Positions 1 to 10,301 of a stretch of DNA of 64,000 nucleotides are shown here, piece after piece. Positions within the stretch are counted from its first letter, which is position 1. The number at the start of each line of letters is the position of its first letter. The notes beneath the pieces were generated by a model. The model was not told where the DNA came from and searched no databases. It saw only the letters and a list, made by a program, of their open reading frames with translations. The position numbers and the translations under genes were made by a program. The stretch comes from Acidimicrobiia bacterium. GTDB lineage: Bacteria > Actinomycetota > Acidimicrobiia > Acidimicrobiales > SHLQ01. The stretch covers positions 4,488,966 through 4,552,965 of the forward strand of contig JAWPMS010000001.1 of assembly GCA_033344795.1 (NCBI GenBank), in the 5' to 3' direction.

Positions 1-1
1 G

Positions 2-352
2 GAGTACCTCCCCGCCGAAGAGCAGGCCGCCGCTTTCGATGCCCTGACTGCTGACCAACAGGCATATGTCGTCGAGGACCAGGCCGAGGACGCCCTCGAA
101 CTGATGGAAGAGCTCGACGAAGTCGGCGTCGGATACACGCTGGTGATCGACCCGGTCACGGGCGTCGAGATCCCGGAGTTTGACGAGACCGATCCGGCCG
201 CTGCCGATATCGTCGCCGACGAGCTCGAAGACGAGCACGATGAACTCCATGACGATGACGATGACGACGACATGGACGAAGAGGACGACGATGAAGACCA
301 CCTCGACGAGATGGATGACGAAGACACCGAGACGGAGGTGGGCAACGGCTGA
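2..352 (+). CDS. Very acidic hypothetical protein, 5'-truncated by the window edge
   Basis: Frame is open from base 2 (EYLPAEEQAAAF...) to TGA at 352; Asp/Glu-rich tail; followed by a hairpin. Confidence 0.75.
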   Translation, partial: EYLPAEEQAAAFDALTADQQAYVVEDQAEDALELMEELDEVGVGYTLVIDPVTGVEIPEFDETDPAAADIVADELEDEHDELHDDDDDDDMDEEDDDEDHLDEMDDEDTETEVGNG

Positions 353-419
353 ACCTAGAAACGCTGCACTTCCTCCGCCCCTGCTCCCCACACACCGCCA
401 CCATGGGAGAAGGGCATAG

Positions 420-455
420 GGTGCACCGGACGGGCTTTCGCCAGTCCGGTGCACC
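420..455 (+). terminator. Stem-loop, probable terminator
   Basis: GGTGCACCGGAC(gggctttcgcca)GTCCGGTGCACC: perfect 12-bp arms after a stop codon; no immediate U-tract. Confidence 0.55.
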
Positions 456-502
456 GGCGCGTCAGTCTCCCACGCTCACCAACTACCTCTTTCACCTGAC
501 CA

Positions 503-1189
503 ATGGCACGAATCCTCGTCGCTGAAGACGACCCCAAACAGGCCGACGTTCTCCGCCGATACCTCGAGAGCGAGGGCCACCAAGTGGTGCTCGCCCCGGA
601 CGGGCGCACAGCGCTCGATGAAGCCCGCCGCCGCACGCCGGACCTCGTGGTGCTCGACGTCATGATGCCGGGTATGGACGGCCACGACGTATGTCGCATC
701 CTGCGATACGAGACCGACATTCCGGTCATTTTCGTGACCGCGCTCAGCACCGAGAACGACCTGCTCTTGGGGCTGGACTTGGGGGCCGACGACTACATCA
801 GAAAGCCATTCAGTCCCCGCGAGTTAGTGGCTCGAGTACGCGTCGTTCTTCGCCGAGTGGGAGCTGACGGTACTGGTGCTGATGATGTCACGACGCATGG
901 TGGTCTGGTGATCGACCGCCGTCGAGCCCGCGTGCAGGTCGGGGGTGAGACCGTCGAGCTCACACCCAAGGAATACGGACTGCTCGTTGCCCTGGCAAAT
1001 GATCCAGGACGTGCATTCAGCCGGCGACAGTTGATCGAAGCGGCCTTTGGATTCGAGGCTGACCTGCTCGATCGAACAGTCGATGTACACATCGCCAATC
1101 TTCGTCGCAAGCTCGAGCATGAACCAACCAAACCTGAACACGTGATCACGGTGAAGGGCATCGGCTACGCGTTCGCCGACGGGTCATGA
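503..1189 (+). CDS. OmpR/PhoB-family response regulator
   Basis: Receiver motifs ILVAEDD, VLDVMMP, KPFSPREL; winged helix RTVDVHIANLRRKL...TVKGIGY. Confidence 0.95.
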   Translation: MARILVAEDDPKQADVLRRYLESEGHQVVLAPDGRTALDEARRRTPDLVVLDVMMPGMDGHDVCRILRYETDIPVIFVTALSTENDLLLGLDLGADDYIRKPFSPRELVARVRVVLRRVGADGTGADDVTTHGGLVIDRRRARVQVGGETVELTPKEYGLLVALANDPGRAFSRRQLIEAAFGFEADLLDRTVDVHIANLRRKLEHEPTKPEHVITVKGIGYAFADGS

Positions 1190-2658
1190 GCATCGGCAGC
1201 CTCCGATCACGTTTGCTCCTCGTAGCCATTGCTGTCGCCCTGATCGCGGTCATGGCTACAGCCCTGATCGCGCAGCGAGTAGCGAGCGATGACCTGCGAT
1301 CAACGCTCGATAGCGACCTCCAGACGGACAACGACGTGGTCAGCGACCTGAACAGCTTTCTGGTCGAGAACGGTTCCTGGAACGGGGTCTCCGCGCTCGT
1401 CACCTCGTTGGCCGATCGCGAACAGGAGCGCATCGCACTGACCGACGATGCGGGTCGGATCATTGCAGATTCAGACCCCGAAGCCAACCTCCCATCACAA
1501 CCAACCGGCATCGTCAACGCTCGATCGCTTTTCGACGACGAGCTCGAGGACGAGGCCGAAGAGCGGTGCGAAGAGATCGCCGATGATGATGACGACGACG
1601 ATCGCGAGGACGGCTCGTTCGATCAGACGATCTACGAGGAGTGCATCGATCTCGAGGTGGCGCGTCTGGCCCTCGCCACCACCGGCTTGCCGGCCACAGC
1701 CTTCGTGTACGTGGGCGAAGGCGACGACGACGCGTCCTCAATTCTCGGCGAGGACGGTCCCGACGCGCGACTGGTGATCGTGGCGCTGATCGTGTTGGCT
1801 GGTGCTGCGGGACTCATGGCGCTCGCGCTGCGTCCAGTTCTGGCACCGATCGACTCGCTCAGGTCGGGAGCGCAGCGGCTGGGTGCCGGTGACCTTTCTG
1901 CTCGAGTGCCAACACAAGGCGCCACCGAGCTTGTCGAGCTCGCCAACAGCTTCAACCACATGGCCGATTCACTCGAGGCTGACGACGAACGACGTCGTCG
2001 CTGGACGAGCGATGTCGCTCACGAACTCCGCAGCCCGTTGCAGAACCTGCGGGGCCAGCTCGAGGCGGCCAGCGATGGGTTGATGGACACCGACGAGGCG
2101 TGGTTCGAGTCGATGGTCGACGAGGTTGGCCAGCTCGGTCATGTGGTCGACGATTTGCAAGTGCTCACGCTGTCAGACGCTGGCCAGCTCACGCTCGAGC
2201 TGCAACCGCTCGATGTCGGCTCGGTAGCGGTCGACGTCGTGACCGCGCACGAGGCCCGAGCTCAGGCCGGCGGAGTCGCGCTGACGGCGTCGGGTTCTGG
2301 CGTCGCTGAGATCGATGGCCGTCGGATGCGCCAGATACTCGGCAACCTCGTTGACAACGCGCTACGACACACCCCCTCTGGCGGAACCATCGAGATCGAG
2401 GTCGTTCGAAGCAGCGATGACGTCGCGGTAACCGTGGTGGACAGCGGCGACGGGATTCCAGACGACCAGCTGGGTCGCATCTTCGATCGCTTCGCTCGCG
2501 CCGACGAACATCGTGGCCGTGCGACGGGCGGCACCGGTCTTGGGCTAGCGATCGTCGCCGCGCTGGTCGACGCACATGGCGGCTCGGTCGAGATCGACAG
2601 TGAGATGGGTGTGGGCACGACCTGCGTCGTGGTGCTTCCGGCTGTTCACCAGCCGTAA
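1186..2658 (+). CDS. HAMP-domain sensor histidine kinase (BaeS-like)
   Basis: Two TM segments, HAMP, H-box AHELRSPL, N-box NLVDNALRH, G-boxes DSGDGI and GTGLGLAI; ATGA overlap with the regulator. Confidence 0.95.
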   Translation: MSIGSLRSRLLLVAIAVALIAVMATALIAQRVASDDLRSTLDSDLQTDNDVVSDLNSFLVENGSWNGVSALVTSLADREQERIALTDDAGRIIADSDPEANLPSQPTGIVNARSLFDDELEDEAEERCEEIADDDDDDDREDGSFDQTIYEECIDLEVARLALATTGLPATAFVYVGEGDDDASSILGEDGPDARLVIVALIVLAGAAGLMALALRPVLAPIDSLRSGAQRLGAGDLSARVPTQGATELVELANSFNHMADSLEADDERRRRWTSDVAHELRSPLQNLRGQLEAASDGLMDTDEAWFESMVDEVGQLGHVVDDLQVLTLSDAGQLTLELQPLDVGSVAVDVVTAHEARAQAGGVALTASGSGVAEIDGRRMRQILGNLVDNALRHTPSGGTIEIEVVRSSDDVAVTVVDSGDGIPDDQLGRIFDRFARADEHRGRATGGTGLGLAIVAALVDAHGGSVEIDSEMGVGTTCVVVLPAVHQP

Positions 2659-2737
2659 CAAGCGCCGGCGCCAGGGACTCTCGAACGCTGCCACCCCAGG
2701 CGATCCTCACCGCGCAGCCGCCACACGGCCCCGGTCA

Positions 2738-4324
2738 CTAGCTCCGCACAAACCGCCTGATCGACGCGGCGATCGACTCGACATGCTCGGGAGGCGGCGT
2801 GTGAAATGGGCCGTCGAGCGGCTCAATCTCGGCGTTTTCGATGCCGAGTGCGAGCTGTCGACCGCCTTCGTAGGGAATGGCCGGGTCTTCTCGATAATGC
2901 AGAACGAGGCACGGCTGCTCGATCTGGGCCAAGGCCGGGCTCGCGTCTACCTCGAACAATTGCTGCACGTAACCCGCCGCTACCTTGGCCGTTGCGGTTC
3001 GACGTTGGAATCGAGCGAATTCAGACCGGGTGACCGCATCGATTCCTGGGACGATCATGTCTGCAAGGATTCGAGACCCCAGCCCCCACGATTGTTCGAC
3101 CGCTTGGACCAGGTTCGTCTTCGTCTCCGGCTTGGTGAACAATGCGGGCCCGCTGGCGTACGTACACATGAGCACGATTCGTTCAACGGCAGGATTCCCC
3201 GCTGCGGCCACGAGCGCGGCAGGGCCAGCGGCGCTCGACGCGAACAACGTCGAGGGCCCGTCGATCATCCCCAGAACCGCTCGGACCTCATCGGCGCTGG
3301 CGTCGAGCCCGAAGTCGACTTCGGAGGCCGACGACAACCCCGTTCCATACCGATCGAAAGCGGTCACGCTGAACTCGCGCGACAAAACCTCGAGCAAGAC
3401 CGCTCGGGGGTCGGTGCCATCGGCGAAGGCATCGAGACTCGAAATCCAGCCTGGCATGAACACCAGCGACTGTCCGAAGCCCACGGTCGCATAGGCGATT
3501 CGTTCGCCCGGTCGCCGTTCGATCTGTTTGGCCGCGAGTCGAAGCGGAAAGCCCGTCCGCGTCTCAGAAGTCTCTGAGCTCGGCGGCGCGGCCACGACAA
3601 ACCGACCGGCGAGCACCGCCTCCTCGACGCTGCGCAGATTCGCCGACGGATCGAGGCCGGCTTCTTCGACGAGCCGTTCGCGCAACATCGAGAACTGTCG
3701 GAGCGCTTCGGTTTGACGGCCCGTCCTCGCCAAAGCCTCCATGACGAGGGCGACCGGCGCCTCCCTGAACGGATGTTCATCGATGAGCCGCTCGAGGCGA
3801 GGAACAGCGTCGGCGGATCGACCCACATCGATCATGAGGCGAGCTTGCCGCTCGGACGCAACGACGTGGAGTTCGTCGAGCTCGACCGCCCGGTGCTGAA
3901 TGCCCGGACGGTCGGCAACCGAACCGAACGATCGACCTCGCCACAATGCGATCGCCTCGTCGAGCATCTCGAGCGCATGCGCCGCTGGAACCTGCTCGGC
4001 CTTCGAAATCAGCCGTTCGAACCGGCTCACGTCGAGGACATCGGGATCGGCGGACAACACGTATCCCGCTCCCTGGGTTGCCAACGAATCCGCAGGTAGC
4101 TGGGGCCGCAACCTCGATACCAGGGTGTGCAGTGCCCCCGATCGAGGCGTCGCGATGTCGTCGCCCCAGATCGCCTCGATCAGCAGGTCGGTCGACACGA
4201 CGTTGCCAGCGTTCGCGGCCAAGGCGCCCAGAAGCACCTCTTGACGCAACCCGAGCGCAAGAGGCCCCGAGGGTCCAGCGACCTCAATCGCCCCGAGAAC
4301 CCGAATAGCAGCCCGCTCTCCCAC
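2738..4324 (-). CDS. SARP-type regulator (wHTH + BTAD) fused to an alpha/beta-hydrolase fold
   Basis: IRVLGAIEV, LIEAIWG, LVSRLR...GAGYVL, ALWRG, HPFRE, GLDPS; C-terminal hydrolase-like FDRYGTGLS...PCLVLH. Confidence 0.9.
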   Translation of the reverse strand: MGERAAIRVLGAIEVAGPSGPLALGLRQEVLLGALAANAGNVVSTDLLIEAIWGDDIATPRSGALHTLVSRLRPQLPADSLATQGAGYVLSADPDVLDVSRFERLISKAEQVPAAHALEMLDEAIALWRGRSFGSVADRPGIQHRAVELDELHVVASERQARLMIDVGRSADAVPRLERLIDEHPFREAPVALVMEALARTGRQTEALRQFSMLRERLVEEAGLDPSANLRSVEEAVLAGRFVVAAPPSSETSETRTGFPLRLAAKQIERRPGERIAYATVGFGQSLVFMPGWISSLDAFADGTDPRAVLLEVLSREFSVTAFDRYGTGLSSASEVDFGLDASADEVRAVLGMIDGPSTLFASSAAGPAALVAAAGNPAVERIVLMCTYASGPALFTKPETKTNLVQAVEQSWGLGSRILADMIVPGIDAVTRSEFARFQRRTATAKVAAGYVQQLFEVDASPALAQIEQPCLVLHYREDPAIPYEGGRQLALGIENAEIEPLDGPFHTPPPEHVESIAASIRRFVRS

Positions 4325-4365
4325 CAGCCCACCTTATGTCCGTCTCAGGGACCGAGCGTCGCCAT

Positions 4366-4392
4366 GACAGCGCGACGACAGACCCATGCAAG
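4366..4392. promoter_or_regulatory. 11-bp-spaced direct repeats, candidate SARP binding site
   Basis: GACAG (4366), GACAG (4377), GCAAG (4388) in the divergent gap between the SARP gene and the methyltransferases. Confidence 0.4.
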
Positions 4393-4451
4393 GCGAGCTG
4401 ACGACGATCAACCCATTCACACCTCGACCGCTCATCTCAAAGGAGCCTCCC

Positions 4452-5207
4452 ATGTCCTCCATCACACTCCCTTCGACCACACCGGCCTCGAACGTCACCT
4501 CATCGACGTTCACCGAATTCGACGACTCTGCTGGATTCGACAACGGCATGCGGGGCAGGTTCAACGCCTGGTTCTTCGCGGCGTTCGACCGTTACATCGC
4601 CCACGTGTCGCGCAACAACAAACAAGCAGCCTTCGCCGACATGCAACGTGGTGACATCGTCGAGCTTGGCGCTGGCGTCGGCGCCAACTTCGATTTCATC
4701 GCTCCAGGCAGTCGTCTCGTCGCAATCGAACCGAACCTCGCCATGCACCCCAGATTGCGTGATCGTGCCGCCGCCCGAGACGTCGACATCGAGGTCCTCA
4801 CGGCATCGGCCGAACGGATCCCGCTACCAGACAACTCGGTCGACGACGTGATCTGCTCGCTCGTGCTTTGCACCGTCGACGACCAGAAGGCCGTTCTAGA
4901 CGAGGTGCAACGCATCCTTCGCCCAGGCGGGCGCTTTCGATTCGTCGAACACGTTGCCGCCCCGCAGCCGAGCGCCCGACGCTGGCTACAGCTCGGGCTT
5001 CGACGCTCGTGGAAGTGGCTGTACGAGGGCTGTGATCTCTGCCGCGATACCGCTTCGGCGATCGAGCACGCGGGCTTCGACGGGGTCGCCCTGAATCGGA
5101 GCCGACTCCGTCACTCGCTCTTCGTTCCGGTCAACTCGACGATCCACGGCGTCGCCACCACACGGCCGGGAGCTCCCGTTCTCAACAACAACCAACCAAG
5201 AAAGTAG
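4452..5207 (+). CDS. Class I SAM-dependent methyltransferase (Methyltransf_11-like)
   Basis: VELGAGVG, AIEPN, SVDDVICSLVLC, RILRPGG; AGGAG RBS before ATG 4452. Confidence 0.9.
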   Translation: MSSITLPSTTPASNVTSSTFTEFDDSAGFDNGMRGRFNAWFFAAFDRYIAHVSRNNKQAAFADMQRGDIVELGAGVGANFDFIAPGSRLVAIEPNLAMHPRLRDRAAARDVDIEVLTASAERIPLPDNSVDDVICSLVLCTVDDQKAVLDEVQRILRPGGRFRFVEHVAAPQPSARRWLQLGLRRSWKWLYEGCDLCRDTASAIEHAGFDGVALNRSRLRHSLFVPVNSTIHGVATTRPGAPVLNNNQPRK

Positions 5208-5215
5208 ACACCCAC

Positions 5216-6352
5216 ATGTCCATCACATCCGCACCCATCACAGCAGCAGAGCCCGTCGACCGAGGAGTTCTCGACCCGGTCGCGACAGAGGAGAGCATCG
5301 AGATCTTTGCCGACAAGGTCTTCAACGATCTGGTCGGTGCACTGAACACCTACGCCACGACCATCGGAGTGACCCTCGGCTGGTACGAAGCGTTGGCGTC
5401 CGGCGCACCGATGACCGCAGGCGAGCTCGCCACGGCGACCGACACCGACGAGCGCTACGCCCGAGAGTGGCTCGAACAGCAGACGGTGAGCGGCTACCTC
5501 ACGGTGGTTGACGCAAGCGCACCACCGGCGGATCGCCGATTCTCAATCGAAGCCGAAGCCGCCGAGATCATGACCGACCGATCAAGCCTTGCCTACATGG
5601 CACCATTCCCTGGGCTCGCGAGCTCGCTCGGACGGAGCCTTCCAAAGGTCATCGAGGCCTATCGATCTGGCGACGGGTTCGGCTGGCACGAACACGACGG
5701 AGGTGCGCGTTGCGGCCAGGCCGAAGCGAACCGGCCGATGTTCCTGAACGTGCTGGGCCAGGAATACCTGGCCTCGGTGCCATCGGTTCGTGACGCCCTC
5801 AACGATGGCGGCACTGTGGCCGACGTCGGCTGCGGGTTGGGTTGGTCATCAATCGGTATCGCTCTCGCCTATCCGACCGCCCGGGTCGATGGTTACGACG
5901 TCGACGGACCATCGATCGAGCAAGCTCGCATCAACGCAACTGAAGCGGGCGTTGCCGATCGCGTGCAGTTCCACATCGTCGACGCCGCCGACGTCCAACC
6001 GGCGCCGTACGACCTGGTGCTGGCGCTCGAGTGTGTGCACGACATGTCCGACCCAGTGTCGGTTCTGGCATCGATGAAACGCATGACCAAACCGACGGGC
6101 TCGGTGATCGTCATGGACGAACGGGTGGGCGAAACCTTCACCGGCGAACCCGACCCGCTCGAGTCGTTCATGTACTGCTTCAGCCTGATCTGCTGCCTGC
6201 CCGATGGTCGCAACGCCGCCGAGTCGGTGGCCACGGGCACGGTCATGCGCCCGGCGACGCTCGAACAGTACGCCAAGGATGCCGGGTTCTCAGCGCTTGA
6301 AATTCTCGACATCGAGAACGACTTCTTCCGCTTCTACAACCTGGTGCTGTAG
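5216..6352 (+). CDS. SAM-dependent methyltransferase with N-terminal wHTH (Rv2258c-like)
   Basis: ERYAREWL wHTH motif; VADVGCGLGW; ECVHDM; TGTVMRP. Confidence 0.9.
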   Translation: MSITSAPITAAEPVDRGVLDPVATEESIEIFADKVFNDLVGALNTYATTIGVTLGWYEALASGAPMTAGELATATDTDERYAREWLEQQTVSGYLTVVDASAPPADRRFSIEAEAAEIMTDRSSLAYMAPFPGLASSLGRSLPKVIEAYRSGDGFGWHEHDGGARCGQAEANRPMFLNVLGQEYLASVPSVRDALNDGGTVADVGCGLGWSSIGIALAYPTARVDGYDVDGPSIEQARINATEAGVADRVQFHIVDAADVQPAPYDLVLALECVHDMSDPVSVLASMKRMTKPTGSVIVMDERVGETFTGEPDPLESFMYCFSLICCLPDGRNAAESVATGTVMRPATLEQYAKDAGFSALEILDIENDFFRFYNLVL

Positions 6353-6410
6353 ACGGCGAGTGTGACCGGTCGCCTGCACGCGGTACTTCGCACTCCCCAA
6401 ATCCACAAAC

Positions 6411-6437
6411 GGGCGGCCGCCTTCGGGCTGGCCGCCC
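6411..6437 (-). terminator. Intrinsic terminator-like hairpin between convergent genes
   Basis: GGGCGGCC...GGCCGCCC arms, followed by GTTTGT on the minus strand. Confidence 0.6.
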
Positions 6438-6463
6438 TCCTTGGTGAGGTGAGCGAGGGGACT

Positions 6464-6787
6464 CTAAGCCTTCTTCACCTTGTCGGCCATGATCAGCACG
6501 CCCCGCCCGTTGACCTTGCCATCGATCGGGTGATCGCCCGGGATGAGGCGAATCGACTTCACCTTCGTGCCGACCTTGATGCCGCCAGTCTTGCCGTCGA
6601 GCTTGAGGTCTTTGACGATCACGACGTCGTCGCCTTCGGCGAGCAGATTGCCGTTGACATCGCGCACTTCGCCAACCTCGTCGACATCAGCGAGCCATTC
6701 GTGGCCACAGGTCGCGCACTCGTACCCGTCTTCGGCCAACAAAGGATCGGGCATGGCGCAGATTGGGCAGTCGAGGGTCGCAGACAT
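6464..6787 (-). CDS. phnA: PhnA/YjdM zinc-ribbon protein
   Basis: CPIC...CATCGHEW, RDVNGNLLAEGDDVVIVKDLKL, GTKVKSIRL; start reassigned to MSATLDC. Confidence 0.88.
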   Translation of the reverse strand: MSATLDCPICAMPDPLLAEDGYECATCGHEWLADVDEVGEVRDVNGNLLAEGDDVVIVKDLKLDGKTGGIKVGTKVKSIRLIPGDHPIDGKVNGRGVLIMADKVKKA

Positions 6788-6813
6788 CGGTGGGAGCCTA
6801 CGGGCCGACGCTG

Positions 6814-8532
6814 CTATGGCGATGCCCGTCGATCGACCGATGCCACTCGACCGGCCTCCATGGTGATGACCTGGTCGGCTCGCTCCAGGGCGTGTTGGCG
6901 GTGCGAGATCGCGATGATCGTGCTCGACCCGTCGGATCGAAGCCGTTGCCACAGCTCGCGTTCGGTGTTCACGTCGAGCGCGCTCGAGACATCGTCGACA
7001 ACGAGCAGCTCGGGCTTGGTGAAGAGCGCCCGAGCGGTCGCCACCCGCTGTGCCTGACCCCCCGACAGCCGCAGGCCGCGCGCACCGACGGTCGTATGCA
7101 CACCCTGGGGCATGTCGGCCAGATCGGTTCGCAGGGTGGTGAGCTCGAGCACCTCGTCGAGCCGGGAGGTCTCGCGCCCGAGTGCGATGTTGTCGGCGAG
7201 CGTTTCGCTGAACAGATTCGGCACTTGCGGAAGGTAGGCCGCGTTGGGCGGCACGAACCAGGCCGCCGGATCGTCGATCTCCGCGCCGTTCCAACGGATC
7301 GTGCCCGCCTGCATGGGTGAGAGGCCGACGATGGCCCGCAGCAGTGTCGACTTGCCGGACCCGACACCACCGGTGACCACGACGAAGCTGCCGCGCTCGA
7401 TGTCGAGGTTCACGTCGGCAACACCACTCGAGCCACCGGGGTAGACCGACGTGAGGCCTCGAATCTCGAGGTGGTCGAGGGCGACGCGTTCAGGGTCGGG
7501 CAGACGTTCGAGCATCTGATCGTTCGGCTCGATGGTCACGTCGATGTGGTCGAGCAGGTCGTCGATTCGGTCGGAGGCAACCATGTCTCCCATCCGACCG
7601 TACGCCACCATCGCTTGTTCGCGCGAGGTGATGAGGCGTGCGAGGAATCGAGGCAGCTGGCCGAGCTCGACGGCATACGCGACGAACAGTGCGAGGTCGC
7701 CGACGCTGAACTCGCCGGATCGGACGGCTGGCACCAAGACGAGCAGCGTCAACCCAATCGTCACGTCGGAGGTCGAAGATGCGATGCCGTCGACGGTCTG
7801 TTGCAGCACGGTGTCTCGAACGGCGGTGCGCCGACGAATGGCGGTGTGACGCTCGAGTCGGTGGATCGCGGCTTCCTCTTTGCCAGCGAGGCGGAATGCG
7901 AGAAGCCCGGCGAAGGCTTCGCCGAGGAAGGAGGTCACTCGACTCGTCGCTTCGCGGTCGGCGGCGCGCGCCGCGTAGAGCCTCGGTGTCAGGTAGCGGG
8001 TGATGGCGGTGACCACCGCAACGGGAACGAGGGCGATGAAGGCCGCGCCCAAGTGGATCGACGACATGACGGCCATGGCGCCGATCGAGTAAACGATCAT
8101 GCCCGAGCCATCGAGCCACGAGTCGGTCCAGAGCACAGCGTCTCGGGCATCGTCGCCGAAGCGCGTGATCGCCTCCGCGGGGCTGGCGGGCAGTGTTGCG
8201 GCTCGGGGGCCTCCGCTCTCGGTTTGTGCGGCGAGCATGTTGGTCCGCAGCAAGGTGAGCGCGGCCAGCCACCACCGCACCACGTAGTAGATGGCGAACC
8301 AGAAGACGATCCATCCGACGGCTTCGCTCACGCCGATGGCGATAAGCAGCCCGTTGACCGACTGACTTTCCGCCAGCGCGTCGAAGACGAGTTTGAGAAG
8401 CCAACCGGTCCAGAGGGGAAGCAGGAAGAAGGCGGTCCACAGCACCCATGAGGCACCCCAGAGGCCGCGGCGGAAGGTGCCAGTTCGCCATCCGAAGCGA
8501 AACGGTCTGATGTCGGTGCGCGTGTCGGTCAT
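6814..8532 (-). CDS. ABC exporter, fused permease/ATPase (heterodimer subunit)
   Basis: TM domain; GGVGSGKST; LSGGQ; degenerate Walker B LVVDD. Confidence 0.92.
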   Translation of the reverse strand: MTDTRTDIRPFRFGWRTGTFRRGLWGASWVLWTAFFLLPLWTGWLLKLVFDALAESQSVNGLLIAIGVSEAVGWIVFWFAIYYVVRWWLAALTLLRTNMLAAQTESGGPRAATLPASPAEAITRFGDDARDAVLWTDSWLDGSGMIVYSIGAMAVMSSIHLGAAFIALVPVAVVTAITRYLTPRLYAARAADREATSRVTSFLGEAFAGLLAFRLAGKEEAAIHRLERHTAIRRRTAVRDTVLQQTVDGIASSTSDVTIGLTLLVLVPAVRSGEFSVGDLALFVAYAVELGQLPRFLARLITSREQAMVAYGRMGDMVASDRIDDLLDHIDVTIEPNDQMLERLPDPERVALDHLEIRGLTSVYPGGSSGVADVNLDIERGSFVVVTGGVGSGKSTLLRAIVGLSPMQAGTIRWNGAEIDDPAAWFVPPNAAYLPQVPNLFSETLADNIALGRETSRLDEVLELTTLRTDLADMPQGVHTTVGARGLRLSGGQAQRVATARALFTKPELLVVDDVSSALDVNTERELWQRLRSDGSSTIIAISHRQHALERADQVITMEAGRVASVDRRASP

Positions 8533-10289
8533 GTCGGCACCTCGTCGATGACTGCGCCGGAACCGGCTCGGAGGAATCGTGCGTAGTGGCTGGCCGCGTC
8601 GTCTCGGAGCGCCGCCGTGGGGCCTACTTCGATCGCCTCGCCGCCATCGAGGATCAGGATCTGGTCGAGGCGTTCGACCGTCGACAGTCGGTGGGCGATC
8701 ACGACGGCCGTCCGTCCGCGCAACAACCGGTCGATCGCCGTGGTGACTCGAGCCTCGGTTTCGGGGTCGATCCGCGACGATGCCTCATCGAGCAGCACGA
8801 AGTCGGGCGATCGGAGGAACAGTCGGGTCAGGGCAATCAGCTGCCCCTCCCCCGCCGACAGCCCTGAGCCGGCCGGCCCGAGCGTGGTCTCGAGGCCATC
8901 GGGCATCCCCTCGACCCATTCGAGCAGGTCGAGGCTGGCGAGCGCGTTGCGGACATCGGCGTCGCTGATGCTCTCGTCGAAGAGTGTCATGTTGTCTCGG
9001 ATCGACGCCGAGAACAGGTGAACGTCTTGGGAGACGACCCCGGTGCGGGCCCGCAGGTCGGCCAGCGCGATCTGGTCCAGCTCGACCCCGCCGAGGCGGA
9101 TCGATCCATCGGTTGGTTCGACCAGACGGAGGAGCAGCCGGGCCAACGTGGTCTTGCCGCTGCCGGTTCGGCCGAGCACGCCGATCGATGTTCCCGCCGG
9201 CACCGAAAGCGTCACGTCGTCGATGACTCGTAGGGGGTCGTCCTCGTCGGCGTAGTTGAAGCCGAGCGACTCGAGCTCCAAGCCGAGCGCCCCCGAAGGC
9301 AGGGTGGCCGACCCGGTATCGGCAATGGCCGACGATTCGTCGAGCAGTTGCAGCGTGCGGATCATGCCACCGGCAGCTCGTTGCACGCGCTCGGTCTCGT
9401 CGGCCAGCTCGCCGAGTGGGACGCGAAGAATCTGGGTGTACTGGAACAGGAGATATGCGGTGCCGAGGGTGATCGCATCCCGCTGGAGGAGCGCAGCGGC
9501 GATGGCCAGAACGACGAGCCCGCCGACAACGAACACGGCGTTCGAGATGACCCAGAGCGTGACGGCCTGACGCTCCCGTCCGAGCGTCGACCGCAACACG
9601 GCGGCGCTGGCCCGTTGGAAGGTTGCGACGGCATGGCTGCCGCTGCCGTTGCTACGCAAGTCGTCGGCGCCGGCGAGCCGTTCCTCCACTTCGCCGAGCA
9701 TGCGGCCTGTCGTCGCCTGCTCTGACGCGGCTTCGTCAACGGCACGGTTTCTGAGCAAGAAGACGGTGGCGATCGCTAGCCCGAGGTAGGCCGCGAGGCC
9801 GAGGCCGATCAGCGGGTCACGCCAAAACACGATGGCGATGAGCCCGAGGAGGGTGACGAACGCCGCCACTGCCTTGACGGCGAACCTCGACACGAACTCG
9901 CTGAGCGCGGTGACGTCGCCGTCGACGCGGCTGACGAGCTCGCCGGGACTCGTGCTCCGGTGGAACGCAAGGTCGAGGTGCATCACGTGTCGGGTGAGGC
10001 GAGACCGGAGCTCGTTGGTCACCGTCCATGCGAGGTCGGCGGCCGTCCAAGCCACGGCGACCGACATGAGTTGGCGAGCGATACCCATCGCCACGTAGGC
10101 ACCTGCGAGGAACAACAGCTGCTGACGCGAGGCGCCCGCGGCTGCGTCGTCGATGAACTTGGCGATCAGCAGCGGGCCGGCGAGAGGCAGCGCGCCGGCA
10201 ATGGCGAGCACGCCGCTCATCACGGCCATGCGGGCGCGATGGGGCGCGACAAGCGCAAGCAATGCAGACCACGGACTCTGACGTTTCAC
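8529..10289 (-). CDS. ABC exporter, fused permease/ATPase (heterodimer subunit)
   Basis: TM domain; GRTGSGKTT; degenerate signature LSAGE; LLDEASS; AHRLST; 4-nt overlap with partner. Confidence 0.92.
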   Translation of the reverse strand: MKRQSPWSALLALVAPHRARMAVMSGVLAIAGALPLAGPLLIAKFIDDAAAGASRQQLLFLAGAYVAMGIARQLMSVAVAWTAADLAWTVTNELRSRLTRHVMHLDLAFHRSTSPGELVSRVDGDVTALSEFVSRFAVKAVAAFVTLLGLIAIVFWRDPLIGLGLAAYLGLAIATVFLLRNRAVDEAASEQATTGRMLGEVEERLAGADDLRSNGSGSHAVATFQRASAAVLRSTLGRERQAVTLWVISNAVFVVGGLVVLAIAAALLQRDAITLGTAYLLFQYTQILRVPLGELADETERVQRAAGGMIRTLQLLDESSAIADTGSATLPSGALGLELESLGFNYADEDDPLRVIDDVTLSVPAGTSIGVLGRTGSGKTTLARLLLRLVEPTDGSIRLGGVELDQIALADLRARTGVVSQDVHLFSASIRDNMTLFDESISDADVRNALASLDLLEWVEGMPDGLETTLGPAGSGLSAGEGQLIALTRLFLRSPDFVLLDEASSRIDPETEARVTTAIDRLLRGRTAVVIAHRLSTVERLDQILILDGGEAIEVGPTAALRDDAASHYARFLRAGSGAVIDEVPT

Positions 10290-10301
10290 CGGCGGGACTG
10301 C

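Noticed and set aside
6788-7294. N-terminal extension of PhnA
   Set aside because: Lies inside the ABC gene; PhnA similarity starts at MSATLDC.
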